From the sequence record NZ_CP064116.1: DNA of 64,000 nt, one strand, 5' to 3'. Of the stretch, positions 46,560-56,463 are shown piece after piece; position 1 is the first letter of the stretch, and each line of letters starts with the position of its first letter. A program made the translations under genes and the position numbers. Origin of the DNA: a plasmid. Below the pieces are notes generated by a model that saw nothing but the letters and a program-made list of their open reading frames with translations, was not told where the DNA came from and did no database searches.

Positions 46560-47040
46560 CTGAAGCTAACGAAGCTCCACTGGAAGGAACTGAATGGTAA
46601 GGAATTGACTATAGTATGCAGATTATTGACTGCGGTATGAAGCTGAATAGGAATAGGGAAGAGTAATGACATGCATTTTTCTGCATATCACAGTCAAGAC
46701 TATTGCCTTTCCTGGTGTTGTATTACTGGGTTGTTGTACCAAGATTCACATTGTGTCATGTCAGTGGTCCATATGTATTGGATGCTGGCTGTTATTCCAT
46801 ATTTCGATCCAGTAATTGATCCTTAAGGAGATCATGTTGAGATCAAAAAGAGATCCCCGGATCGTTTAGCGCCCCGCTACGCCTGAGCCTGGAGACTATC
46901 TTCATTAACTGTGGTGTGTGGTATGTTGACTGTTGTGTGCGAGATCAACTATTGCGGTATGCAATTGTATTAACTGGGGTATGTATTTCCGTTGACTGTG
47001 ATATGCGTATATACTTTCGTTTGTGGATAACCGCGGGTTA
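46560..47040. repeat. RepFIB iterons, upstream set (TTGACTGCGGTATGA / TTGACTGTGGTGTGTGG-type repeats)
   Basis: Multiple ~13-21-bp direct repeats of TTGACTG(T/C)(G/A)(G/A)TATG. Confidence 0.75.
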
Positions 47041-47045
47041 ATAAA

Positions 47046-48056
47046 ATGGCTATGGAAAATAATGAGTTACCCCTGAATCTTCAGGAGGTCAATAAGACAA
47101 CGGGTGAAGTTGTTAAGCTGGATGTCAACAGCGCCAGTACTGTTCAGCCTGTTGCGCTCATGAGGCTTGGTCTGTTCGTTCCTACCCTCAAATCGACCTC
47201 TAGGAGTAAGACGAACCGCAAAAACGTCACGGATGCGACTGAGGAGCTCGTACAGCTGTCCATTGCCCGGAGTGAAGGGTATACCGATGTCAGGATCACC
47301 GGATCGCGCCTCGATATGGATACGGACTTCAAAGTCTGGCTTGGAATCATCCGTTCAATGTATGATTTTGGCGTTAAGGATGACACGCTCAAGCTGTCTT
47401 TTGTTGAGTTTGTTAAAATGTGTGGCTTTGACTCCCGGCGCTCTAACAAGAAAATGCGTGACAGGATAAGCAACTCCCTGTTCAAGCTGGCATCCGTAAC
47501 CCTCAAGTTTCAGAGTGAAACGAAAGGGTGGACTACGCACCTGGTTCAGTCTGCCTATTACGACATCACTGCCGATGTCGTGGAGATCAGGGCAGAGCCC
47601 AAGCTCTTTGAGCTTTATCAGATGGACAGGCGGGTCCTGTTGCGTCTGAAAGCCATTGATGCCCTGCAGCGCAAGGAGTCCGCACAGGCACTCTATACCT
47701 ACATTGAAAGTCTGCCACAGAATCCGGCCCCCATCTCCATGAAGCGTATGCGAGACAGACTCAACCTGACGTCTAACCTCTACACGCAGAACCACACGGT
47801 GCGCAAAGCCATGGCGCAGCTGAAGGATATCGGCTATCTGGATTACACCGAATTCAAACGCGGCCGGGCCACCTACTTCAGCGTGCATTACCGTAATCCG
47901 AAACTCATCAGTAGCAAGGTCGTTGTTCCCCGTGAGCCGGAAGAGGAAGTACCTGAGCAGAACTATGACGAAGTTATTAAAGCCCTGAAGGCTGCAGGTA
48001 TTGATCCTCAGAAACTAGCAAAAGCGCTCGCCAGCGTGAAACCGGGAAATGACTGA
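47046..48056 (+). CDS. repB: RepFIB-type replication initiator (RepA/RepB family, iteron-binding)
   Basis: 336-aa protein flanked on both sides by iterons, the P307/F RepFIB and P1 RepA architecture. Confidence 0.8.
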   Translation: MAMENNELPLNLQEVNKTTGEVVKLDVNSASTVQPVALMRLGLFVPTLKSTSRSKTNRKNVTDATEELVQLSIARSEGYTDVRITGSRLDMDTDFKVWLGIIRSMYDFGVKDDTLKLSFVEFVKMCGFDSRRSNKKMRDRISNSLFKLASVTLKFQSETKGWTTHLVQSAYYDITADVVEIRAEPKLFELYQMDRRVLLRLKAIDALQRKESAQALYTYIESLPQNPAPISMKRMRDRLNLTSNLYTQNHTVRKAMAQLKDIGYLDYTEFKRGRATYFSVHYRNPKLISSKVVVPREPEEEVPEQNYDEVIKALKAAGIDPQKLAKALASVKPGND

Positions 48057-48059
48057 GGA

Positions 48060-48260
48060 ATGCCGTTTTAGAGTTTGTTGACTGTGGTATGCAGAGCGCA
48101 TACCACAGTCAATTTATACTGATTCATCATTCCGTTTAGGTTTTGCTTGCCTTGACTGCGATATGCGGATAGGCCTACCGGAGTATTGATATTGACTGCG
48201 GTGTGTGGAAGAGCGGGCAGTCTGCTCAACATCTTCACTGCGATATGTTTACTTTCATCA
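48060..48260. repeat. RepFIB iterons, downstream set (TTGACTGTGGTATGC, TTGACTGCGATATGCGG, TTGACTGCGGTGTGTGG, TTCACTGCGATATGTTT)
   Basis: Four or more iteron copies including an inverted pair. Confidence 0.75.
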
Positions 48261-48758
48261 CTTAGTCAATATTGTTCGTCAGGGCGGATGCCCTTAGCCC
48301 AGTACTTTCACAAAGGGTCTTAACCCACCGAGATCAAAGGATTCCGGGGGCAGCGTCCGGGATTCACTGATCCGCACTCCCGTGTTCCAGAAAGTAGAGA
48401 ACAGCATTTAATGGTGAAGATCCGGCATATAGAAGAGTAGGGCTCTCACTTCGGGGACGAGTAGGTACGCCAGGGTGGCGCCGGTTAAAGTGGCCATCCT
48501 TCTGAGTGCGGCCGCGGTCGCAAAGTCGACCCCATGGGCTTTCGGCAACAGTGAAATGCGTTATGAAGAAAAGGGGGCAATGCAGGGATGAACAGGATCG
48601 GAACGAAAAGGTAAGTAATGAAGAAGACGTAAAGTGCGTTACGTGAATTCCGGCCTGGTACAGCCTGGACCCCTGTCAGTTTTCACGTAACGCAAGATTA
48701 ATTTATTATCGAATAAGTGGATGTCATTACAACTGTCTGTAAATTTTGACAAATTTAG

Positions 48759-49535
48759 TTATCTTTTTTTCAGCATGGCAACAGCATCAGCCTCTGCCAT
48801 TGAAAATTGCACACGATGCCTTGCAGCAACATCGAGCGCAAATACCTTTGTATAGACTTCCGTCGAGCTGATCGACTTGTGCCCCATCAGGCTCTGCAGC
48901 ACCTTCAGCGGAATTCCGGCATACAGCATGTGCATGGCGTAGGAGTGGCGGAACGTGTGTGGCGTCACCGGCACGGAGAACGTCACCCCGTCGGCGGCTG
49001 CCGCTTCAACAGCTTCGCCCAGCCAGGTGCGAACGGTACGGTCGGTGATCTCCCAGATGCGCACCTTTTCCGTTCTGCCGGTGCGCTTATTCCGGCGTTC
49101 CAGCGGTATTTTCAGGGTGGCCACCATCATTTCCAGCTGGCGGGCATACTGCGGATCGGAAAGCGGAACGTTACGATGAGGCTGGCTGCCGGCCGGAGCA
49201 CGGCCGGCCGTTCGGGCCGCTTTCTCCACCCGCTGTTTGAGGGTTGCCAGTTGCACGAACGGGTAGGGCGGGGCCAGGGAAAAATCACTCCGGGTCAGGG
49301 CCAGTGCTTCGTTAATACGGGCGCCGGTGTTCCACAGGGTGGTCAGCAGCATCTTACGGTGAAGATCGGGCACGTAGTGGAGCAGGGCGCTCACTTCCGG
49401 CGCCAGCAGGTATTTCGGCAGTTCGTCCTGAACGAGCGCCATCTGGCGCAGTGCCAGCGCGGCCGGGTAATCGATGGCCACCGGCAGCTGAGCAGAGGAA
49501 AAAGCCCCGCTATGGCCTGGCAGTGCTGGCATCAT
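48759..49535 (-). CDS. resD: tyrosine site-specific recombinase (ResD-like plasmid multimer resolvase)
   Basis: Phage-integrase catalytic motifs (HTFRHSYAMHML...GH...EVYT). Sits next to RepFIB as ResD does in F. Confidence 0.7.
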   Translation of the reverse strand: MMPALPGHSGAFSSAQLPVAIDYPAALALRQMALVQDELPKYLLAPEVSALLHYVPDLHRKMLLTTLWNTGARINEALALTRSDFSLAPPYPFVQLATLKQRVEKAARTAGRAPAGSQPHRNVPLSDPQYARQLEMMVATLKIPLERRNKRTGRTEKVRIWEITDRTVRTWLGEAVEAAAADGVTFSVPVTPHTFRHSYAMHMLYAGIPLKVLQSLMGHKSISSTEVYTKVFALDVAARHRVQFSMAEADAVAMLKKR

Positions 49536-49553
49536 GTTATGTCACCATTGTCA

Positions 49554-50084
49554 TTAGAGTGTGCAGTGCATCACCGGTGCATCCGGGGATGCCGGACCCG
49601 GCAGGATCAGATACTCGGTAGCAGATTTGACACGGTAATTGGTGTAATCTTCAAACGAAACCGGGCTTGCTTTCATCCCCGCGAGAAAAGTTTCTTCAAG
49701 ACCGCGGGCACGCGGAAGCGATAGTTCTATCGTCTCAGGATCGATGGCCATTTTCTGGCGGGTGGCTTCCAGCTCAGTGGTCAGCCGGTATTTTTCCGTA
49801 CGAAAAGGAATACTCTCTTCAGCGTTTCGCTGTGTATAGGTCACGTCAAACATCATGCGATCACCGTCGTTCTGCAGTACCACGCCCCTGAGGAGACTTT
49901 CTATACGAACGGGGGATTCACCTTTCTGCGGAATCTCCGAGGTCCGGCTGCAGATAATCACCATCCCGGGTTTCTGACTGGCATTAACCATCCGCATTTC
50001 ACTGAGCGTTGCCGCCCCTGCATCCCGTGCAGTCACACCCAGCAGGATCGTCAGCCCCATTATAAAACCGGTCAGTTTACACAT
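49554..50084 (-). CDS. hypothetical exported protein (signal peptide)
   Basis: N-terminal hydrophobic signal-like segment. No domain recognised. Confidence 0.35.
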   Translation of the reverse strand: MCKLTGFIMGLTILLGVTARDAGAATLSEMRMVNASQKPGMVIICSRTSEIPQKGESPVRIESLLRGVVLQNDGDRMMFDVTYTQRNAEESIPFRTEKYRLTTELEATRQKMAIDPETIELSLPRARGLEETFLAGMKASPVSFEDYTNYRVKSATEYLILPGPASPDAPVMHCTL

Positions 50085-50214
50085 CGTTCCTGTATCCTTT
50101 ACGTTAATGTCTGGATCATCTTCAGGGAGAAATCCCGCCGGACTACACTATCGAGTGACATGTGGCCGCCAGAGGGTGTCCAGCCGACCACTCATTAAAT
50201 GCTGCTGTCGGCTA

Positions 50215-50511
50215 TCAGTAGCGACCAAGAGTCATTAACTGGAAGCATTTTTCCTCGGAGAGCTCTCCTTCTTTCTTTGGGAGAGGGCCAAGGAAAGGAG
50301 TTATCACATCGACTTCTGTGGACAGATACCATGTGTCATCAGCATCATCCCACCAGGCAACTGTGCGATCGTCCCAAGTGTGTATCTCACGGTAGCAGCC
50401 GTATCCGTATATGTGCTCAAACTCCGATTCTTCCATCCAGACTCTGTCATGCCCAAGGATTATGAGAGCCTCAAATAAAACACTCAGTGTAATTTTCATA
50501 TTCATAATCAA
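50215..50511 (-). CDS. small acidic hypothetical protein (98 aa)
   Basis: Trp- and Asp/Glu-rich ORF. No motif recognised. Confidence 0.3.
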   Translation of the reverse strand: MIMNMKITLSVLFEALIILGHDRVWMEESEFEHIYGYGCYREIHTWDDRTVAWWDDADDTWYLSTEVDVITPFLGPLPKKEGELSEEKCFQLMTLGRY

Positions 50512-51046
50512 CTTCCTTATTATTTAATATCTATTAGTTCTATTTATTTATCATCGCCAGCAGAACATTCCGTTGCCCGCCCGCAGTGATTAGCAGAATA
50601 ACAGTCACCGCCCGCAATTACCGGATCTCACTCTTTTTGACTTCCGAAAAATTCATAATAGCAAAGTTTTCGGAAGCGATGATGAACAGATTAACAGGAT
50701 TTACTCGTCAGGTCGGTCTGATGCGGAGAGGGTGAAAGTTATCTAACTACTTAAAGTGTAGCACATTTTTAATTTTCGTTTCACAAATCAGCGCAGAAAA
50801 TCGCCGTGATCCGGAACTACCTTTTTTCGGATCTGACCGGGAAAAGTGAAAAGAAAGGATATGCAAAGCATATCCATATGCCTGACATCTGCATAGGTAT
50901 GGCATACGCATATACTCACCATCTGCATATGCTCTATATATACATATGCCGAACATCTGCCTATACTGAACATATGCACACACCCGGTGCAATGAACCTC
51001 ATTCCGGATATGCATCACATATCCATACTTACCCGGGAGAAAAATC

Positions 51047-51277
51047 ATGAGAACCGTATCTATTTTCAAAAACGGCAACAACCGCGCCATCCGCCTGCCC
51101 CGCGATCTGGATTTTGAGGGGGTGAGCGAGCTGGAGATCGTCCGGGAAGGGGACAGCATTATTCTGCGTCCCGTCCGGCCGACCTGGGGCTCGTTCCTGG
51201 AGCTCGAAAAAGCTGACCCGGACTTTATGGCTGAGCGCGGGGACGTTGTCAGCGACGAAGGACGGGTTAACCTGTGA
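51047..51277 (+). CDS. vagC: VapB/VagC-type antitoxin (AbrB/SpoVT fold)
   Basis: MRTVSIFKNGNNRAIRLPRDLDFEG... 4-nt overlap with the PIN toxin gene. Confidence 0.85.
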   Translation: MRTVSIFKNGNNRAIRLPRDLDFEGVSELEIVREGDSIILRPVRPTWGSFLELEKADPDFMAERGDVVSDEGRVNL

Positions 51278-51684
51278 ACAAAATGTATATGCTCGACACC
51301 AACATCTGCTCGTTCATCATGCGCGAGCAGCCGGAAGCCGTCCTGAAGCGCCTGGAGCAGGCGGTGCTGCGGGGTCACCGCATTGTGGTTTCGGCCATCA
51401 CCTGGGCCGAAGTGTCACTGGCATCACAGGAAGCAGGACCAGCCGCACAGAAGCTGGCTGACGCCTTCGCTGCCCGCCTTGATGCCATCCTGCCCTGGGA
51501 CCGTACCGCGGTGGACGCGACCACGGAAATTAAGGTGGCGCTGCGCCTCGCCGGCACGCCGATCGGGCCGAACGACACGGCGATCGCCGGGCACGCCATC
51601 GCCGCCGGTGCCGTGCTGGTGACCAATAATGTGCGGGAATTTGAGCGGGTGCCGGGTCTGGTGCTGGAAGACTGGGTAAGATAA
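51274..51684 (+). CDS. vagD: VapC/VagD PIN-domain toxin
   Basis: MLDTNICSFIMREQ... with the PIN acidic residues, LVTNNVREFERVPGL. Confidence 0.85.
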   Translation: MNKMYMLDTNICSFIMREQPEAVLKRLEQAVLRGHRIVVSAITWAEVSLASQEAGPAAQKLADAFAARLDAILPWDRTAVDATTEIKVALRLAGTPIGPNDTAIAGHAIAAGAVLVTNNVREFERVPGLVLEDWVR

Positions 51685-51757
51685 CGCTGTAATACAAAAC
51701 AGGCGGTCTGGCGCTGCCGGACACTCTTTCAGTCAGCGGTATATAAAGGAATAAAAG

Positions 51758-53320
51758 ATGCCTCTGATCACGCGGCTTATGCTGCAAAACTTTAAAAAGT
51801 TTCCGGAACTGGATCTGCGCTTCACTCATGACCGTAACATTCTGGTCGGTGACAACGAGTCCGGGAAAAGCACGATTCTGCTGGCCCTTGACCTTGTGCT
51901 GAGTGACAGCCGGCACCGGGTCGAGGCATTGGGTGTGGAATCGCTCCTGTCCCAGTCAGCAGTCAGGCATTTTCAGGAAGGTGAGCGCCGCGCCGAGCTG
52001 TTACCCGTGCTGACAGCTGACGTTTTCCTGAGTAATGGGGGAGATCCTGACCTGAACGGCAGGCAAAATCTGGCGGGTATCGATGCGGATGGACTCAGAA
52101 TGCGCATTGCACCAATGACGGAGGAATACGGTCAGGATATTCACAATGTACTACAGCAGGATCCCGATAATTTTCCCTATGAATACTATTCCGTGCGGTT
52201 CAGCACCTTCTCCGGTGGTCATTTCGCCGGCTTCAGACGCTATCTGCGCCATCTGCTGTTAGACAGTGCACGCATCGATAACGAGCACGCCGCACAGGAA
52301 TATACGCGCACAGTTTACAGCGTCAATGTGCCGGTGGCCGATCGTTACCGGCTTGAAAACAGTTACCGGCAACAGAAAATGCTCTTCTGCACCCGGCATC
52401 TGTCAGCCATAAACGACACGCTGGAAACGTATCAGTTTGGCGTGCGTTCCGGTGCTAAATCAGGTCTTGAGGCGAATCTGGACATTACCGAGGACGGTAT
52501 TTCCATTCGTCACCGTGGAAAAGGAAGGCAGTGCTTCATCAAAACAGAGTTTGCGCTGCAGCGGCATCAGCAGCAGGGAGAGCTCCACGCACTGTTGCTT
52601 GAGGAGCCGGAGAATCATCTCAGCCATGTCAGTATGAAGAGGCTGGTTAATCAGCTTGCCACTGAACGGCAGACGCAGGTGTTTATTGCCACACACAGCA
52701 GCCATATCTCCTCCCGCCTCGATCTACGTAAGGCAATCCTCCTCGGATCTACCCGGCCGGTACTGATGAATGAACTTTCCGCTGAGACTGCCGCCTTCTT
52801 CATGAAAGCACCGGATAATAACGTGCTGGAATTTGCGCTAGCCAGACGTGCACTGCTCGTGGAGGGGGATGCTGAGTTTATTCTGATTGAGGCCTTTTAT
52901 CGCCGCCTGTATGGCAGGGCGCCGGAGGATGACGGGGTTCACATCATCGCTATCGGCGGAACGAGTTTCCGTCGTTATCTTGAACTGGCCCGTCTTCTGG
53001 AAAATCGCGTCGCGGCCCTTCGTGATAATGACGGAAACTATCAGCAAAACTGCGATGAACGCTATGCTGACGTGCTGTGTTCCCGCACCCGGGCATTTGC
53101 TGATCGCGACAACACCCGATCCACATTTGAAATCTGCCTGTATCAGGATAACGCTGCTCTGTGTGACGCGCTTTTCCGCGGAACCCGCCGAACACTCACG
53201 GTGCAGGAATACATGCTGGCCAATAAGGCAGAAGCAGCATTCCGGCTGTTACAGCTGCACGCCGAAGAGCTGACGGTACCTGATTATATTCAGGAGGCAC
53301 TGGCATGGATAAGAGAGTGA
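51758..53320 (+). CDS. OLD-family nuclease: N-terminal ABC/AAA ATPase plus C-terminal TOPRIM (GajA-like)
   Basis: Walker A GDNESGKST, signature/Walker B LLLEEPENHLS, then TOPRIM (ALLVEGDAEFILIE...IIAIGGTSFRRYLELARLLENRVAALRDNDGN). Confidence 0.75.
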   Translation: MPLITRLMLQNFKKFPELDLRFTHDRNILVGDNESGKSTILLALDLVLSDSRHRVEALGVESLLSQSAVRHFQEGERRAELLPVLTADVFLSNGGDPDLNGRQNLAGIDADGLRMRIAPMTEEYGQDIHNVLQQDPDNFPYEYYSVRFSTFSGGHFAGFRRYLRHLLLDSARIDNEHAAQEYTRTVYSVNVPVADRYRLENSYRQQKMLFCTRHLSAINDTLETYQFGVRSGAKSGLEANLDITEDGISIRHRGKGRQCFIKTEFALQRHQQQGELHALLLEEPENHLSHVSMKRLVNQLATERQTQVFIATHSSHISSRLDLRKAILLGSTRPVLMNELSAETAAFFMKAPDNNVLEFALARRALLVEGDAEFILIEAFYRRLYGRAPEDDGVHIIAIGGTSFRRYLELARLLENRVAALRDNDGNYQQNCDERYADVLCSRTRAFADRDNTRSTFEICLYQDNAALCDALFRGTRRTLTVQEYMLANKAEAAFRLLQLHAEELTVPDYIQEALAWIRE

Positions 53321-54327
53321 TATTTGCGGTTGCCGGCTCGGGCAAGACCACGCTGCTGATACGGCGGTTGAGTGAGGACCGGAGAACGCTGATCCTGACC
53401 TTCACCGTGAATAATGAAGCGCATCTGCGGGCGCAGATTATCAGACGTTTTGGCTTTATCCCGGACGGGATCAGGGTGATGACCTGGTTTGAGTTTCTGC
53501 ACGGTTTTTGCTTCCGGCCTTTCCTGCAGGAGCGGCTGGCATCGCGTGGCCTGAGCTTCGACCGACCCCCTCCCGGAATACCGCGCACGAATGCCCGGCA
53601 TTATCAGGATCCCGCCGGACGGCTATATCACCGGAGGCTCGCACACTTGCTGACAGCCCGGGGGCTGCTGCCGGATATCCGTACCCGGCTTGCCCGTTAC
53701 TACGATGAACTGCTTGTCGATGAAGTCCAGGACTTTGCCGGACATGACTTTGATTTTCTGCTGGAGCTCTGCCGTGCGGAAATCACTGTGCTGTGTTGCG
53801 GTGATTTTTATCAGCATACCTTTGATACAAGCCGTGACGGCAACGTTAATTCAGCGCTGCACGATGACATTACGCGATATGAGGCCCGCTTCGCCGCAGC
53901 AGGTTTCATGGTTGACCGTAACACGCTCAACCGAACATGGCGTTGCTCGACTTCGGTGTGCGAGTTTATCACCGGGCAACTGAACATCCGTATCGCTGCC
54001 CATGGGATACATGCCACCCTGATTGAAACGATCACAGATGCAGAGCGCACAGCCGCCCTGCACGCCGATAATACGGTGATTAAGCTCTTCTATCGTGAGC
54101 ATCACCGTTACGGCTGCTATTCCATGAACTGGGGCGTCAGCAAAGGGCTCGATCACTTTCAGGATGTCTGCATTGTGATGGGGCCCGCCCACTGGAAGCT
54201 TCTGACCCGTCAGGAACTGGCAGCCCTTCCACCATCGTCCCGTAACAGGCTGTACGTGGCATGCTCACGGGCGCGCGGCAACATTTATTTTGTTCCGGAA
54301 ACTCATCTGCGCCGATTCCGAAACTGA
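53305..54327 (+). CDS. compact UvrD/PcrA-like superfamily-1 helicase (GajB-like), overlaps upstream gene by 16 nt
   Basis: Walker A AVAGSGKTTLL, motif II DELLVDEVQDF, C-terminal YVACSRARGNIYFV (motif VI). Confidence 0.7.
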   Translation: MDKRVIFAVAGSGKTTLLIRRLSEDRRTLILTFTVNNEAHLRAQIIRRFGFIPDGIRVMTWFEFLHGFCFRPFLQERLASRGLSFDRPPPGIPRTNARHYQDPAGRLYHRRLAHLLTARGLLPDIRTRLARYYDELLVDEVQDFAGHDFDFLLELCRAEITVLCCGDFYQHTFDTSRDGNVNSALHDDITRYEARFAAAGFMVDRNTLNRTWRCSTSVCEFITGQLNIRIAAHGIHATLIETITDAERTAALHADNTVIKLFYREHHRYGCYSMNWGVSKGLDHFQDVCIVMGPAHWKLLTRQELAALPPSSRNRLYVACSRARGNIYFVPETHLRRFRN

Positions 54328-54873
54328 GTTACCGATTTCTCAGTCGGGCACAAATCAGTAAAAAGCGAGGGTCATCGACGGAAATACCGGCTGGACAGGT
54401 GCGGTTCCGGTTCTCGCTTTCCGGAACCTGGCTGACAATATGTAACATTATCATTAAATTCAATTATGCCAGTTATTTTCATTCGCAAAATGTGAATAAT
54501 GTGGCATACACGCCAGCATGAAATTATTGTTAACATTTTAAGTTCTGAATGGTTTTTCACTTGTTCAGTTAAAAGTGCAGGTCATTGAAAACATTGTACG
54601 GTTTTGTTGGCCGGAGACTATTTCATCATCGCGGATAATGAGCGGAACTAACTGTCCATTATATCTGGGCCAGACAGAAAACATGGTATAGTCGGTGATG
54701 GATGCTGAAGTTTAGTAATTTCAGAAATAATTTAATTTGAGATGCCATGACAATGGTTTTTCTGATTTACCAGAGCTGAAAATATGGCATACTGCAGATG
54801 TTACCTGACTGCACTCATACCGGGTAACGGACTGTGTATTGTGATGATTTTTTTATTACAGGGGGGATAGATC

Positions 54874-55782
54874 GTGATCTATAAGATTTGCCAGGTAATT
54901 GACGGGGAGTACGTCTGCGACATTGATATCAGTGTGGAAGAATGGAAAAATCTGTTAATGAATGAAAAGGTTTTTGACTCTAAAAGTATTGAGGCGTTAA
55001 AAAAATGGTATATTGAACCAAATCATTCCTGCACATGTTTTGATATAGGCAAAAAGTACGACCAGCACAGTATGAGTGCTAATGGCGTTATTAACGGGCT
55101 CGGTGGTAGAGTTCAAAAAGAGCTAGGAAGGTTTGAAGTTAAAGGGATCGGGAATATAGCACCTGGCACAAAATTCATTACAGTCATGAAGAGTAAAGAA
55201 ACCGGTGAAAAACCAAAAAGATACTTATGGACTATTCGTGATGAACTTGTTCAGGCAATTAAAGAGCTGGATTTATTTGGTGTGGAAGAAATAACCATCA
55301 ATGAGTATTACTCAGACGATGAGTTGATCAACGCCATGGAAGCGAATAATACATTTGATATCGCCCAGGCATTTGAATATACAGGGGAAGCTAAACCAAA
55401 GAAACATGCAATTGAAGTAAAAAATGGCGTCTCGTACCCAAGAAATAAAGGGGTTTCGAAAAATGCACTGAACAAAGCAGGTTACAGATGTGAAGTCGAT
55501 GGTGAACACCCAACCTTCAGAAGGCGTAACTCTTCCCTGAATTATACTGAACCTCATCACATTGTACCTATGTCCATGCAGGATGATTTTAACACTTCGC
55601 TTGACGTCGAAGAAAATATAATATCGCTGTGTTGCAATTGCCATAAGCAAATTCACCTCGGCCAGGGATATGAAGAAATGCTTGAGAAAATATATAATGA
55701 GAGAAAGGAGTTATTAAAACAGGTAGCTATCGATATATCTCTGGAGGATTTGATTCGCTATTATAAAGGTGAGAACAGGTGA
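54874..55782 (+). CDS. HNH-endonuclease domain protein (302 aa) in an AT-rich islet
   Basis: C-terminal CEVDGEHPTF...YTEPHHIVPMS...LCCNCHKQIH is an HNH/McrA-like zinc-finger nuclease motif. Flanked by AT-rich non-coding DNA. Confidence 0.6.
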   Translation: MIYKICQVIDGEYVCDIDISVEEWKNLLMNEKVFDSKSIEALKKWYIEPNHSCTCFDIGKKYDQHSMSANGVINGLGGRVQKELGRFEVKGIGNIAPGTKFITVMKSKETGEKPKRYLWTIRDELVQAIKELDLFGVEEITINEYYSDDELINAMEANNTFDIAQAFEYTGEAKPKKHAIEVKNGVSYPRNKGVSKNALNKAGYRCEVDGEHPTFRRRNSSLNYTEPHHIVPMSMQDDFNTSLDVEENIISLCCNCHKQIHLGQGYEEMLEKIYNERKELLKQVAIDISLEDLIRYYKGENR

Positions 55783-55967
55783 GTGTTATTCAATAGTAAT
55801 GCTTTTACCTTGCTTGCAGAGACGGTCATTATTTCCTGGTAGTTACCGATTTGGCGCGTGAAAATACAAAACCCGAAATTAATCGGGTTTGAATTATATA
55901 AAGATTAACAGACTCCCGTGCCCAGGAGCGATGTAAAATCACGCTTGTCGTGACATTTCTGCAATGT

Positions 55968-56318
55968 TTACTTTTGACTATCAAGCCATTTATTCATCTG
56001 CTCAATTTCACCTTTTTGAGCTTTAATGATGTCCTGTGCGAGCTTTCTCATTTCCGGATCTTTTCCGTATTTTAGCTCGGTCTCAGCCATTGCTATTGCC
56101 CCTTCATGGTGCGCTACCATGCCTTTCGCAAAAGCCTTGTCGGGATCGGATTCATTTACGGCAGCCATCATTTTGTCATGCATGTCTTTCATGCCAGCCA
56201 TATATTCCTGTGACGAAGCCGAGGTAGACATATCAGTCATTTTCATTTCTGAATGTTCTGCTGAAATCGCTGGCAGGGATAACAATAATACTGCAAATAA
56301 AGTGTTTCTGGCTTTCAT
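55968..56318 (-). CDS. DUF305-like periplasmic His/Met-rich protein (116 aa) adjacent to silE
   Basis: Signal peptide MKARNTLFAVLLLSLPAISA plus repeated MxxM/HH motifs. Confidence 0.5.
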   Translation of the reverse strand: MKARNTLFAVLLLSLPAISAEHSEMKMTDMSTSASSQEYMAGMKDMHDKMMAAVNESDPDKAFAKGMVAHHEGAIAMAETELKYGKDPEMRKLAQDIIKAQKGEIEQMNKWLDSQK

Positions 56319-56463
56319 AAAAAATATCCTTTTAAGTTGATACCCGTTAACTGTAGCAGAATCTGATAAAAATGCCCCTGTAGGGGGCAAAGATGTTGCC
56401 ATATATCCGGTTACGGAAAAATCTATCAAGGAAATAAGGACAGCACAGATACTTCCCTCGCCG

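Noticed and set aside
46560-48260. Possible CRISPR-like or satellite repeats around repB
   Set aside because: Short (13-21 bp) imperfect TTGACTG-type repeats on both sides of a Rep gene are classic iterons.
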